From Octopus vulgaris (taxonomy: Eukaryota): a DNA stretch of 64,000 nucleotides. The position numbers and the translations under genes were made by a program. Shown here piece after piece: positions 13,691 to 27,257 of the stretch. Each line of letters begins with the position of its first letter. Positions within the stretch are counted from its first letter, which is position 1. The notes beneath the pieces were generated by a model. That model was given only the letters and a program-made list of their open reading frames with translations. It had not been told where the DNA came from and ran no database searches. The stretch spans positions 37,324,001-37,388,000 of the forward strand of contig OX597835.1 of the NCBI GenBank assembly GCA_951406725.2, in the 5' to 3' direction.

Positions 13691-14000
13691 TTATAAGGCA
13701 GTGAGCTGGCAGAATCGTTAACACAAGAGAGGGGCGGTGTCAGGCACAGGTGAAGTAGGGCTAGGGGAAGTAAGATTGGGTTGTGGGGAGGATTACATGT
13801 GTTTCCAAAGGAACATTTATGGAAGATGTAGACTAAGTTTATGATAAGTGGTGATGATGGCAAAAATGATGATGATGACAGTGATGATGATGATTATGAT
13901 GGTAATGAAGGTGGTGGTGGTAGTAGTGATGATGAATATCTTGGTAGTAGTGGCAATAAAGGTGGTATTGGGGTTGGTGATGATAGTGATAATGGTAATA

Positions 14001-14230
14001 GGCGGCGAGCTGGCAGAAACATTAGCACGCCGGGCGAAATGCGGAGCCTTATTTCATCTGCCGTTACGTTCTGAGTTCAAATTCCGCCGAGGTCGACTTT
14101 GCCTTTCATCCTTTCAGGGTCGATAAATTAAGTACCAGTTACGCACTGGGGTCGATGTAATCGACTTAATCCGTTTGTTTGTCCTTGTTTGTTCCCTCTA
14201 TGTTTAGCCCCTTGTGGGTAACAAAGAAAC
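14001..14230 (+). mobile_element. Well-preserved SINE family B; central domain resembles the Meta/MESC SINE domain
   Basis: GGCGGCGAGCTGGCAGAA...GAGTTCAAATTCCGCCGAGGTCGACTTTGCCTTTCATCCTTTCAGGGTCGATAAATTAAGTACCAG. Domain name is from recalled similarity. Confidence 0.85.
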
Positions 14231-14813
14231 AGTTGTGATGAGGATGATGATGATGACTGTGATAGTGATGAAGATGGTGTTGTTTTTGTTATTGGTGGTG
14301 GTGTTGGGCGGTGTCAGAGATGCAGATGGATATTTTGGTAATGGTGGTAGTGGAAGTGACGGTAGAATTATGGAATATGCAAGTGGTGCTAATAAATTGC
14401 TCTTTGATGCATTATGGGATGCTGTGGCAAAATACCATGAGCTGGTTTCATTTGAACACTATATGAGGTGGTACCAAAAGGTCCCCAGTCTAGTTCTCTT
14501 GTGCACCAACAGATGGCAGCACACGGCAGAAATTTCCTTCAGAATGGACCAGTATGCACCAACTGCATGTTACCTATATTCGGTTGTTCTTTCATGCAAG
14601 TAGGGAAGTTTAAGGAAGCATGTATCAGACTTGGGATTATATCACACATACACACACATGACAAGCTTCTGTCAGATTCCATCTATCAAATCCAGAGGTT
14701 TTTCTCTGATGATACTATTGTAGATATTACCTACCAAAGACACTGGGCAGTACAATTGAACTCAATTCAATGATCTTGCAAAGTGACCTTAACCACACTG
14801 CAATTCCTGTTTG

Positions 14814-14844
<31 letters not shown>

Positions 14845-15117
14845 TATATACACATATATAGGTAGGTTTAAGAGACAGAATCACCCTCAAGCAACTCAAT
14901 CATTATTGAATGATATTATCCATGATAGGTACATATAGGACTAAATATTAAAAATTACTAAAATTAATATCTACAATTATTATTCTAAATCATATACATT
15001 ACATTATATAAACTACGCGTGATATGTGTGTGTATATGTGTATATATATATGTGTGTGTGTATATATATATATATATATACATACATACATATATATGTG
15101 TTTATATATGTATATAC

Positions 15118-15160
<43 letters not shown>

Positions 15161-15295
15161 CATATATATATCTATGTATGTATGTTGTGTGTGTGTTTAA
15201 TATATATATACATATATATATGTATGTTGTGTGTGTGTATATATATATATTAACGTACATATATGTGTATATGATGGTGATGATGATTCTTTTAT

Positions 15296-15590
15296 TCTTT
15301 TACTTGTTTCAGTCATTTGAGTGCAGTCATGCTGGAGTGTCGCCTTTAGTCAAATAAATCGCCCCCAGAGCTTATTCTTGTAAGCCTCGCACGAATTCTA
15401 GTGGTTACTTTTAGTGAACTGCTAATTTATGGGAATGTAAACCAACATTGGTTGTCAAGCGATGGTGGGGTGGGGGGGACAAACACAGACACACACATAT
15501 ATATATATATATGACAGGCTTCTTTCAGTTTCCATCTAACAAATCTACTCGTGGTTCGGGAGCAAGCTCCTTACCACACAGCCACGCTGA
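15296..15590 (-). mobile_element. Internally deleted SINE family A
   Basis: Homology to 11107-11528. Confidence 0.8.
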
Positions 15591-15609
15591 TATATGTATA
15601 CATACATAC

Positions 15610-16297
15610 ATGGGAACCTGTGGAAGAGTTGGACCCAGGAAGACTTGGGATGAGGTGGTAAAACACCTCATGGAGGTAATGACAAGTGAACGACCTTTGG
15701 AGATATGCTGTGCTTGAGAAGACCTGTTAAGCCAAGTGAGGTTGTAACTGAGGCCTATGCCAATGTCACATAACTGGCCCATTTAAGAGTACCCTTCAAT
15801 CATTTGGCAATAAACTGTGCTTGTGAAGACCTGTTGGGTCAAGTGAAATCATTGTTGTGGCCGATACTAGTACCACCTGACTGGCACCCATGCCGGTGGA
15901 ACATAAAAAGCACAATTCAAGTGTGGTCGATGCCAGTTCCACAAGACTGGCTCCCATGCCGGTGGCACATAAGCACCAAATGAACATCGTTGATGCCAGT
16001 GCCATGCAAAAAGCACCATTCAAGCTTGGTCGATGCCAGTGCTGCCTGATAAGTCCTGCACCAATGGCACGTAAAAAGTACCATTCGAGTGTAGTTGATG
16101 CCAGTACCGCCTGATTGACCCCCATGCCAGTGACACATAATAAGCACCCACTACACTCTCAGAGTGGTTGGTGTTAGGAAGGGCATCCAGCTGTAGAAAC
16201 CTTGCCAGATAGACTGGAGCCTCCTGGCTTACCAGTCCTCAGTCAAACTGACCAACCCATGCCAGCATGGAAAGCAGATGATGACAAGGATGATGAT
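15610..16297 (+). mobile_element. RTE LINE 3' end (ORF C-terminus plus 3' UTR)
   Basis: GTCGRVGPRKTWDEVVKH resembles GTRGRGRPRKTWDDVVKH of the RTE at 42599-43063, with the same UTR repeats and TGA tail. Confidence 0.85.
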
Positions 16298-16319
16298 ATA
16301 TATATATATATATATATAT

Positions 16320-17254
16320 ATCATCAGCATTATTATTACTACCATCATAATCATCATCAGTGCAGCAACAATGTGCATCATAACCAGAATCCTCATCAGT
16401 ACAGCTCCTACATCGTCATTATCATCATTGCATTGACCATCACCAACATTACCACTGAAACTGCAACAGCCATTAACACTAACCACTCCAAGCTTACACC
16501 ACAACCTCCCACCAAAACCCTCACCACAACAATAACAACAACAATCACCTCCAGCACCAAAAGCACCACCACTACCACCACCATCACCACCAACACAACC
16601 CCCATTACAACCTCCATCACAGCCATGATGACCATCACCACCACTACAATCAGCATCACCCGCACCAATATTCTCATCACTATAAACTATTCATGTATTC
16701 TACTCTTCTACTTCTCTCTTTGCTGCTGTTATTAATTATTATTATTATTATTATTACTATTATTACTATTATTATTATTACTATTATTACTATTATTACT
16801 ATTGCTACTATTATTATTGTTATTATTGTTATTATTACTATTATTACTATTATTATTATTACTATTATTATTACTATTATTATTATTATTGTTATTATTA
16901 TTACTATTATTATTACTATTACTATTATCATTATTATTATTACTACTATTACTATTATCATTATTATTATTACTATTATTATTATTACTACTATTATCAT
17001 TATTATTATTATTATTATTATCATCATCATCATCATCATTATTATTATTATTATTACTGTTGTTGTTGTTGTTCATGTTGCACCTATTTCTGTTACATAT
17101 GTCGATAGTATTCTTGTTATTGTTCTGGTTGTCGTTGCTATTATTGTTGTTGTTGTTATTGTTGATGTTTCATCTTTAGATCCCGAAAGAGATGCCTCCG
17201 CTGATGTTGCTATTTTGGTCTCTCTCTTGCAGCTGCAACAACAACAACATCACC

Positions 17255-17286
<32 letters not shown>

Positions 17287-17410
17287 CACCACCAACAGTA
17301 ATAACAGTAGTGGTGACGTCGTTGGTGGTGGTGGCGGTGGTTGTTGAGTGCTGGTGTTGGTGTTGCAGTTACACGTGTTGTTGTTGTTGTAATTCTTCTT
17401 GTTGTTGTCA
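16320..17410. repeat. Trinucleotide low-complexity block: (CAC/CAA), then (TAT/TAC)n, then (CAA/CAC) and (GGT/TGT)
   Basis: Directly visible. Confidence 0.9.
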
Positions 17411-17804
17411 TCAATATACAATCTATATTCAGGATATCAGCCAAACGAATTATTTCGTAACTTTGGTGTGTGTCAGGTGCAGTTTGTTTGATCAACCTTC
17501 TCTATAAATAAGTGAGGTGTGTGTGTGTATGTGTGTACATATATGCATACACATACACATATATATATATACATATGTGCGTATACATATATGTATATAC
17601 ATATATATATATATATATGTGTATATGATTATACATGTATATGTATATGTATATACATATATACATGCATGCATTCACATATGTATATATACAGCTATCT
17701 TTGTAGTCCATGTCCATACATATATATATTTGTGTGTGTGTATATATATATATAGGTGTTTGCATATGTGTGTGTGTACGTATGTATATATGGATGTTTG
17801 TGTA

Positions 17805-17837
<33 letters not shown>

Positions 17838-17866
17838 GGATACTTTCATATGTGTGTGTGTGTGTA

Positions 17867-17900
<34 letters not shown>

Positions 17901-18449
17901 CATGGATGTTTGCGCATGTGTGTGTGTGTGCAAACATGTGGATACATTCATATTGTTGTGTTAGAATATATATCCATAAACATGATTTGCATGTGTATGT
18001 ATGCACATATATTTCTGGATGTTTGCATATGTGCGTGTGTGTGTGGTCAAAATATGTGCATTTATATGCATAAAACAATAAACTCTGACTTGAAAAACGT
18101 ACTCAATACATGTGTAAACACTAATATTTGATAAAGTCTAATCAACTGTGACTTCAAAGTTACACACAATTCTTGCCATCATGTCTTATTCAATACATAC
18201 ACACACAAACATACATGCATACACATATATATGCATACATTTATACACATACTCATACACATGCATACACATACTTATTGCACACACATATATATGCATT
18301 CACATACACATATGAACACACATATGTATAGACATATAACACATATATGCATTCACACATACGCATACACACACATATATGCAGAGACATACATATATGC
18401 ACACATTTACACATGTGAATGCATATACATAAAATACATATATGCAAAT

Positions 18450-18482
<33 letters not shown>

Positions 18483-18660
18483 CATATATAATAGAACAAA
18501 TGTATAAGCAGAACAACTGGCGTCTGGTTAGATTATGAGATTATATATTTCAACATGAGGTTGAGTTGTTACATGATTATAAAGATGGAAGCGAGTAAGG
18601 TGTTCAGAGAGTCTTCTACAGCTGTTTCAAGAAGACATGCCTACAGTAGTGACCTATTTC

Positions 18661-19060
18661 ATCATCATCATTATCATTGTTTGACTGTGGTCGAGACAAT
18701 GGAATTTACCATGCTACGCCAGACTTCATGGTCCATCATAGCATTATGGAGGTCCTGTTGCTGGATGCCTGTATCCCTGGAGATTTCATCAGGGTAGGAG
18801 AGTGTGCGCCCTCTGGTATTGCGAGTAGATGGCTTCCAGAGGAGAAGAGTAGAAATTGCCTCGTTTTCATCTCTACAACAATGTCCAGCAAACTGGACTT
18901 TCCTACCTTTCACAAGAGATGATACAGGTGGTAATTTCCCATATATTTGTACTTTGGTTGGATGACGCTTCCACGAGAGATTTTGAGCTCTCATAAGGAG
19001 GTGAGTGTAGGTTCCATCCAACCACCTCTCAAGCTTCTTTGATAACGTCCAGAGGGACGT
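18661..19060 (-). mobile_element. 5'-truncated RTE-type LINE 3' end
   Basis: WTLSKKLERWLDGTYTHLL...QFAGHCCR...GRTLSYPD...WRSMV with (TGA)n tail. TSD TATTTCATCATCA at 18655-18667 and 19061-19073. Confidence 0.85.
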
Positions 19061-19231
19061 TATTTCATCATCAGAGGGAAAATGAGGTACAACCTTTGTA
19101 GAGAGCTTTGGTCTGTCTGCCTGTATGTATGTCTCTTTTGTATTTAATCCTTTAAATTCTTCCTCTGAAGAAGCTGGTTTCTGATAAAGATAAAAAGCTC
19201 CATCTTTGGAATGTAGATAATGAAAACAGTG

Positions 19232-19885
19232 TCACATTTTAAACCTGAGAAAAGTCTTGCAGAGTTTTATTGTTCTACTTGCATTTGTAATGTGTGAATC
19301 AGTTGGTTGATTTCTTTTTTTTTTTGATAATCCAAGCTTATCCAGACTGACAGTTAGGCATTTACTTACAAAACCAAGTGCTCCAATTATTATTGTATAA
19401 ATGTACGTATATATCATTATTTCAAGATTTCTTACCAATAGAGAAACAGCCAGTTTCTAACCTAGATCCAAGGCACCTTCAGTGGAATTTCAACATCAAC
19501 AGAATATTTTTGCATTTATGTATATGTGCAAATTTGTATGTTCTGTCTTATGTATTCTCATGCATACATTTGCATATCTCAACATGCTTATATATACTTA
19601 AAAGGGAGTATTACAGATTTTTACAGTCCCAGTGATGTTTTGAATCTGTAGTCTTTAAATCAGCATTCTTCTTTGTGGTTTTAAGAAGCCTAATTTCTCA
19701 AGATTTGAATTTAGGCAGTGTGTTACACATCCCAGTGCCCCAATAATTACAGGTATAATCCTGAACTTGCAACCTGGATAGAGTAGCTGTAGATTCCTCA
19801 ATAGTTCAGTGTAGATATTTTCTTTTATATTAACATTCACTGGGTAGCTAATTTCCACAACTGCATGCAATTTCTCTTCTTTATC
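19232..19885 (-). mobile_element. Two RLE-LINE C-terminal fragments with an intervening short repeat
   Basis: IIIGALGFVSK...CKTFLRFKM* and VVEISYP...IIPVIIGALG motifs. 19418-19502 is an inverted copy of 58393-58480. Confidence 0.7.
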
Positions 19886-19931
19886 TCAAATTATTATGTC
19901 AGGTTTATGTGTGTATGTGTGTGTATGTATG

Positions 19932-20016
<85 letters not shown>

Positions 20017-20084
20017 ATGTATGTATGTATGTATGTATGTATGTATGTATGTATGTATGCATATTTGTCCTGAGTAGGATTTGA

Positions 20085-20440
20085 AACTGCATGCAGTAGT
20101 GTGACCCTAGCATGGAGATTCCAGTGTTTTGAGGAGTGTGGTATGGACATATCCTCTGTTTCCTGACAGATCATCCTACGACAGCTTCACACTCATTTGA
20201 TGCATCAGCTGTGGGCTGGGAGATGCCTTATGGCAGGCCTCACACCAGATGGTTGGCAGGGATTAAGAAAGATCTCCAGAGGCTCAAAATTACCTAGGAG
20301 GATGCAAAAGAGCTGGCATGGGACCACCAGCAATGGATAGTACTGGTGGACCTGGTTAGCTCTATGCATAATGATATCTCCAGGACCCTTAATCTGGGAT
20401 GACCTCAGGCCTATTAAACAAGAGCATGAAGTAAGCAAGT
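20085..20440 (+). mobile_element. Degenerate RTE-like LINE 3' end
   Basis: GWEMPYGRPHTRWLAGIKKDLQRL...AKELAWDHQQW resembles the RTE C-terminal GRP..RW...DR..W motif. Confidence 0.6.
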
Positions 20441-20446
20441 AATGTA

Positions 20447-20490
<44 letters not shown>

Positions 20491-20742
20491 CTTTATAAAT
20501 AGGGTTCAGCAACGATTTACTTCACCACATACCGAATTTTAGAAATAGCAGTCAAAAAATCTTAACCTGATATAGAATGATTTTCGTTATTTTTCCCTTT
20601 TGTTTGTGTGGATTGTTTTCAAGTACTTTGGTTTATCTGGGAGCCCCTTTTAAAGTAGAAGGACTAGCTAAGATTTTTTGACTGCTATTTCTAAAATTCG
20701 GTATGTGATGAAGCAAATCGTTGCTGAACCCTATCTATAAAG
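20491..20742. repeat. Fold-back inverted repeat, 74-bp arms, 104-bp spacer
   Basis: Arms 20491-20564 and 20669-20742 with few mismatches. Contains CCACATACCGAATTTTAGAAATAGCAGTCAAA. Confidence 0.9.
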
Positions 20743-21934
20743 CATTACTTAAGCTTACCATGAAATGGTCTTTTTCATGCCAAATCCTGCTTGGTTTAAT
20801 TAGTGATTACTTCTTAATTAATTTCACCCTTTGTTATTATATATATATATATATAAATACACACACACACACACACAAATATTTTATCTTTTACTTGTTT
20901 CAGTCAATAGAATGTGGCCATGCTGCAGCACTACATTGGTGACAATATGACTCACCCCAGACACAACATAATTTGCTTCAACACACAAATTCACATAAAG
21001 GATCTTGCAAATCGGATACAAATACGATGTCGAATATATCGTCAGAATATTCATCGTCATACTTTTTATCGGCAGAGTAAATACATCGTTATACATTATT
21101 TCAAATTTATATTTGCAGTGTAAAGGCTTTGCATTCGACTTCATGGCCAAAGAAAAAGAAATTCTATAACCAAAATATTACTTAATATCAAATTAACTGA
21201 ATATTTATGGGAGGAAACTAAATTAAAGTTGCTCTTCAAAACAGAATTACACACACATGCATGCATGATTGCACATGCATATACATACACATGCATGCAC
21301 CCACGCACAGAAGGACATAAGGATATACATACACATATATTATTAGATACACAAATGCACACATGTACAAATACACATCATCATAGACATGAATGCACAC
21401 ACACACAAATTCCCGCATACACATATACATGCACACACGTGCATGCATACATACACATATACACATAACATCATGCACGCACATACACATACATGTACAC
21501 AAGCACACACAAACACCTAAATACATGTACACACACACATACGAGAATGCACACACACACATACACAAACATACACACACAAGCATGCATGCATACATAC
21601 ATGCAAAAACATACATACACATGCACAAGTATCCAGCTGTAGAAACCATACCTAAGCAGAAATTTGGAGCCTTGTGCTGTTCTCTGGCTTGCCAGCTGCA
21701 GTTGATTAGTCCAACCCATGCAAGCAGTGAAAACGGACATTAAATAATGATGATGATGATGATGGTAGTGGTGCTCCAGCATGACCGCAGCTGCATGGCT
21801 GAAACAAGTAAAAGAGAGTGTGTGTGTGTGTGTGTGTGTGTATACAACTATATATATATATATATATATGAGATGCCATGATAGATCGTTAGCTCTTACA
21901 CACATTTTTTCTCTCCTTTTTTTTTCTGTGTACC

Positions 21935-21968
21935 TTTCTGTCGAAGAGCGTAGGCTCGAAACGTAAAA
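21935..21968 (+). ncRNA. Minimal hammerhead ribozyme motif, degenerate (A6>U)
   Basis: TTT CTGTCGA A GAGC GTAG GCTC GAAA CG TA AAA, inside a ~190-bp element between (TA)n tracts. Confidence 0.55.
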
Positions 21969-22060
21969 TACTTTTTCTATTCCTGAGCACTATACTAATA
22001 CATTTGTTTGTTTGTACTCCACCTGCCTTCGTCTTTTGTTTATTTTCGTAAACTTTCCCT

Positions 22061-22104
<44 letters not shown>

Positions 22105-22117
22105 GTATATATATAAA

Positions 22118-22615
22118 AATGACCTCCTTTGGTCATGGATGGCCATGGGATTGCTCCTAGAAAGTTACCCTCCAAGGCACAAGTCTGGGCAAGGTTGTTT
22201 TATGGAAGACCAGCAGTCGTCCATGCATAATAGCCTCCCCTCTCCATACCACCGATGTTATCCAAGAGAAAGGCAAAGGCTGGTACAGCTTGGCACCAGT
22301 GACGTCTCAGCTCATTTATTAACGTGCAAGTGACCGAGCATTTCACAGACACGTGTGCCCTAACCATAGTTCTCGGGGAGATTCAGCGTGACACAGACTG
22401 TGACAAGGCTGGCCCTTTGAAATACAGGTACAACAGAAACAGGAAGAAAGAGAGAAAGTTGTGGTGAAAGAGTACAGCAGGGTTCACAGCCACCCACTGC
22501 TGGAGTCTCGTGGAGCTTTAGGTGTTTTTGCTCAATAAACACTCACAATGCCCGGTCTGGGAACCGAAACCACGATCCTACAACCGCGAGTCCGCTGCCC
22601 TAACCACTGGGCCAT
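22118..22615 (-). mobile_element. Composite SINE segments (family C head plus 3' parts shared with 55010-55330 and 60940-61570)
   Basis: Direct homology to those copies. Confidence 0.7.
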
Positions 22616-22627
22616 ATATGGCTTATG

Positions 22628-22674
<47 letters not shown>

Positions 22675-22966
22675 TAAATTAGAGATAAAACCACTATTAA
22701 GCAAATCAAACAGTGAAAAACATAAACCAAAACATAAAAATAAAAATAATATAATATACAAAATATATAAAATATAAAATTTAAAAATTTAAATTATTTA
22801 AATTTAAAATTAAAATTATTAATTTATATTTAAAAATTTTTATATATATATTTTATTTTTTTAAATATTTTTTATATATATTTATATATATTTTTTAAAT
22901 TAAATATATATAACTATCAAAAAGTATTAAAAAGTTTAATATAAGATAAAAAAAATATATATATAT

Positions 22967-23138
22967 AGTTAATCCAAACATGAAAGCACAAAAAAACACA
23001 ACATGAGGACGTGGAACAAATATAGTATTATTGGACGCTCAGGAAAGAAGGAGGGTTTAACGTTTTGAGCGGAGCTCTTCGTCGGAAACATAGAAGGAAA
23101 GATCCAGAGAAGGGAAGACAGAGGAAAAAAAATCACCA
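22967..23138 (-). mobile_element. Hammerhead-bearing short element, family H1 copy 1
   Basis: Homologous to 38797-38997 and 63263-63459. HHR-like motif at 23055-23089 with two core lesions. Confidence 0.75.
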
Positions 23139-23166
23139 TATATATATATATTTAAATATATGAGTG

Positions 23167-23596
23167 CGTAGCAAGGCACAAGAAGCCAGTGCCATTTTGA
23201 ATGAGATCTCACTGGTAGCCATTGCCATGTGCAAGACAAGAACGAGATCTCGCCTGCAACCATTTGCTATGTGCGAGACAACGACGAGACCCTCACAGGC
23301 AACCAGTATTTAGGCAAGAGAACAACGATATTCTCTGTCTCACTCTTCTCACACTCAGCACCAAGAAACACTGCGAAGCCAGCAGCTCAGAGCAGACTCT
23401 TGTCCTGCTCTGCCTCCACATGCTTATCTCCTGAGGTAATGAACCTCACGTGTACAGAGTTAAGACAAACCACTCACTGCTATGAAGATGGTCACTGAGG
23501 GCAAACCACATGGACGAGACCTCTGTAAATAAACGGCTATTGAATTGTACTCCGCTTGTGTCCTTCTTCTTCGTATTCCAGATCTTTGAAACTACA
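23167..23596 (+). mobile_element. Possible solo LTR
   Basis: Ends (C)GTAGC...ACTACA resemble TGTAG/CTACA termini. Internal ~45-bp tandem units, TATTTAGG, and AATAAA near 23528. No TSD found. Confidence 0.4.
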
Positions 23597-23830
23597 AAAA
23601 TAATTATAATGCGAGAAGAAGATACTCCAGAGGTATCACAAACCTTCCAAGTGTATAAAAATTTATACACGGAGAGAAGACCACTATGTCGACTTCTTAC
23701 ATGCTGAAAAGGGCAGTCAGATCTCAAGCCACAAAAACACATTCCTATTTATGGCACATTTTTTTACGCCCACTGACCACGGGTATAAATTATTATTTTG
23801 AATAAATTTTACCCTTGCATTTATATATAT

Positions 23831-24008
23831 ATCATCATCATTATCATTTAGCGTCCGCTTTCCAGGCTGGCATGGGTTGGACGGTTCAACTGGGGTCTGG
23901 GAAGCCAGGAGGCTGCATCTGGCCCAGTCTGATCTGGCAATGTTTCTACGGCTGGATGCCCTTCCTAACGCCAACCACTCCATGAGTGTAGTGGGTGCTT
24001 TTTACGTG

Positions 24009-24011
<3 letters not shown>
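23831..24011 (-). mobile_element. RTE 3' UTR terminal fragment
   Basis: Homology to 41906-42090. Confidence 0.85.
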
Positions 24012-24054
<43 letters not shown>

Positions 24055-24424
24055 GAAGTTATAAATGACAGAAATAGTTCAAAGAAATTTTATTTAACGA
24101 GAAGAAAATTCTAATATGACAAATTGTTTCATAACTTAAAAGCATGTAAGTAATTTATATATTATTGGTTTAAGTTTTGTGCTCACAATCACAAAGTTTA
24201 GTTTTGATTCCAGGTGCTTTATTTCGCGTTACTCTGTGAACACTTTAATACCTGATGCATGTTGCAGTGTGCACTTGCACAGGTAATGCTGATTTCATGG
24301 AATGATTGAGCTAATGTACAAAACGTGCATTTGATCACGATAAGCAAATCGTTTATGCAGGTCACTCAGCAAGAAATCACAGAACAAGTGCATCATGTTG
24401 TAACTGTAAACAACTATATCATGA

Positions 24425-24720
24425 CAAGGTAAATAAGAGATAACAAAACCAGCACTATCCCCATGGGGGAAGGAGTTATACCGGGAGAGTACTGATCCCC
24501 CTTACTCTTCAGTTTAGCTCAGAGTCCATTAACAAATTGCAATGCATGCATTACAAATGCTATGAAGAAACTATGGAAGCTTTTTTTTGCTTTTGTTTTA
24601 TTATTATTATTTCTTTTTTTTTTTTCCATGTGAAGGATTTAAAACTATATGCAAAAGACAAAACTATACTGGAGGACCTACTCAAAACTGCGCGTGGATT
24701 AAGCAGGATTAGAGAAATAT
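24425..24720 (+). mobile_element. Highly decayed R4-like RT fragment
   Basis: PLLF and ..DLKLYAK remnants, similar to 53960-54997. Confidence 0.45.
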
Positions 24721-24984
24721 GTTAAAGGTAAAAACAACAAAAAAAAAATATTAAAAAATTAATTAGAATTTTAAAAATGTTAAACTTAGATTCTCTGAAA
24801 CTGAAGATTCAGAACATAACATCATAACATACATATATATTTACTTAAAAGAAAACCATACATATATACAGAACAGATGTATATTGCATATATATATATA
24901 TATATATATATATACACCCACACACACACATGTATATATCTTTTATATATATATGACATATATAATATATACATTATATGTATG

Positions 24985-25073
<89 letters not shown>

Positions 25074-25318
25074 GTATATATCTTTATATATATATGACAT
25101 ATATATATATATATACATACACACACACATATATCTTTATATATATGACATATATATACATTATATATATGTATGTGTATATATATATATATATGCATGT
25201 ATATACATAGAATAAAACTATATATATTATGTCTATAGATAGATATAAATATTATATGTATATGAATATAAATATCAATGTATGTATGTGTTTGCTTAGG
25301 AGTAGATGAAACTAAGTA

Positions 25319-25363
<45 letters not shown>

Positions 25364-25749
25364 ATACTTAGGAGTTGATAAGAGACAGAAATGAAAGATA
25401 AAAATATGATATTCTATAAGAGTATGTTTGTTAAACTCAATGCCGGAAACAAGATTACAGGGATAAATACACCAGAGATCTGAATCATAAACCACAACTT
25501 TAATAAAATGTATTGGAAGTTAAGGGAATTGAAGAACACAGAAAGGAAAACCAGAAAGCTCCTGATTGCATTAAGATAAATCTCCTACGATGCAGTGGAT
25601 CAGCAAAATTATTAGTTTGTTCGATACAAGGCCTTCTGGAGTATGTTTTAGTTCTCTGTGTTCTGAGTTGAAATCCGAGGGAGGTGAGCCTTGCTTTTCG
25701 TCCTTCAGAAGTTGAGGAATAAAATGTTCGTCTTGTACTGGAGTTGATT

Positions 25750-25940
25750 CTACCTGTCTATCATTCTATCTATCTGTCTATCTATCTATCTATCAGTCTG
25801 TCATTCAGTCTGCCTGTTTCTGTCTATCTGTCTGTTAGTCTGTCTGTTCATCTGTCTATCTATCTATCTATCTATCTGTGTATCAATGTCTATCTCTCTC
25901 TCTCTCTCTCTATGTATCTATCTATCTACCTATCTATTTG

Positions 25941-25987
<47 letters not shown>

Positions 25988-26165
25988 GTGTATCTATCTG
26001 TCTATCTGTCTATCTATCTATCTAGCTCTATCTATCTATCTGTGTATCTATCTGTCTCTTTCTCTCTCTCTCTATCTATCTACCTATCTATTTGTTTGTC
26101 TATCTATCTATCTGTCTATCTATCTGTCTCTCTGTCTATCTATCCATCTATCTATCTATCTATCT
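25750..26165. repeat. (TCTA/TCTG)n microsatellite
   Basis: Directly visible. Confidence 0.95.
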
Positions 26166-26658
26166 CAGTTAAGAGACCTTCTGGCACAGCCTTTTTGGCA
26201 TTACCTATCTGGCACCACTGGCTTAATGCTAACTAATTTGATATCAGTTGTTCTAAAATTTCTCTCATTCTCTCTTCCTCTCCCTACCTCTCTGTCTCCC
26301 ACTCTCTATGTATCTGAAGAGAGAGAAAATATTTATTTTACTCGTGTTCAACTAATAAATTGTAATTCTTCTCTCTCTGTTTATGTGTATGAGCATCTAG
26401 TTATGTTTCTATGTATTCTGTCTGTTTGTCTCTCTTTCTCTCCCCCTCTCTCACTGTGTTTATGTCAGTCGTGTCCAATTAGTAACTTGTAATATCTCTG
26501 TCTCTCTATCTCTCCATCTCCCTCCCTCCCTATATCCTCTCTCCATCTATCTATCTGTATGTATATATTGCTGTGTGTGTAGGCACATGGCTCAGTGGTT
26601 AGAGCATCAAGCTCACAGTTATAAGGTAGTGAGTTTGATTCCTAGACCGAACAGTGTT

Positions 26659-26864
26659 TTGTTGTTGTTGTTAAGCAACAAGACGGGTAAGGGTGATTAG
26701 GTGATGGTCTAGGGCTTAGGGGTGGGAGACCCCAGACCTTGGGGAGAAAAAAAACTTTGGTCGTCTTGTAGTTAAGGGCTCTTCATTGACGCCCGACACC
26801 ACTGGGAGGTGGCCCTCGAAGTCGCTGGAAATGGAGATCTCCAGGTCCAAATTCTTGAATGGTC
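26659..26864 (-). mobile_element. ~205-bp retroposon family F, copy 1, nested in a SINE
   Basis: Homologous to 28505-28709 with (CAA)n tail. The host SINE spans about 26581-27050. Confidence 0.8.
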
Positions 26865-27050
26865 AAACTGTGTGTTGTGTTCTTGGGCAAGACACTTTAT
26901 TTCATGTTCTCCAGTTCACTCAGTTGTAGAAATGAGTTGTAACATCACTGGTGCCAAGCAGTATTGGCCTTTGCCTTTCCCTTGGATAACATCAGTGGTG
27001 TGGAGATGCTGGTATGTGTGGGCAACTACTAGTCTTCTATAAACAACTTG

Positions 27051-27257
27051 TTCTCTCTGTGTTTAGCCCCTTGTGGGTAGTAAAGAAATAGGTATTTCGT
27101 TTGTCTTTACATTCTGAGTGCAAATTCCATCGAAGTTGACTTTGCCTTTCATCCTTTCGGGGTCGATAAATTAAGTACCAATTGTGTACTGGAGTTGATC
27201 TAATTGACTGGCCCCACTCCCCACAAATTCCAGGCCTTGTGCCTAGAGTAGAAAAGA
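27051..27257 (+). mobile_element. SINE family B segments
   Basis: GACTTTGCCTTTCATCCTTTCGGGGTCGATAAATTAAGTACC core. Confidence 0.8.

Noticed and set aside
22740-22965. Almost pure A/T quasi-palindromic tract
   Set aside because: Low complexity, so self-complementarity is expected by composition.
23582-23632. Possible 51-nt exon IFETTKIIIMREEDTPE
   Set aside because: Weak donor (GTATCA), phase 0/0 incompatible with the flanking phase-1 exons, and overlap with the end of the putative solo LTR.
26770-26864. HDV-like ribozyme in family F
   Set aside because: A GAGGGC/GCCCT stem and a CACCTCCCAGTGGTG hairpin exist, but no P1 pairing with the 5' end or proper J4/2 could be assigned.
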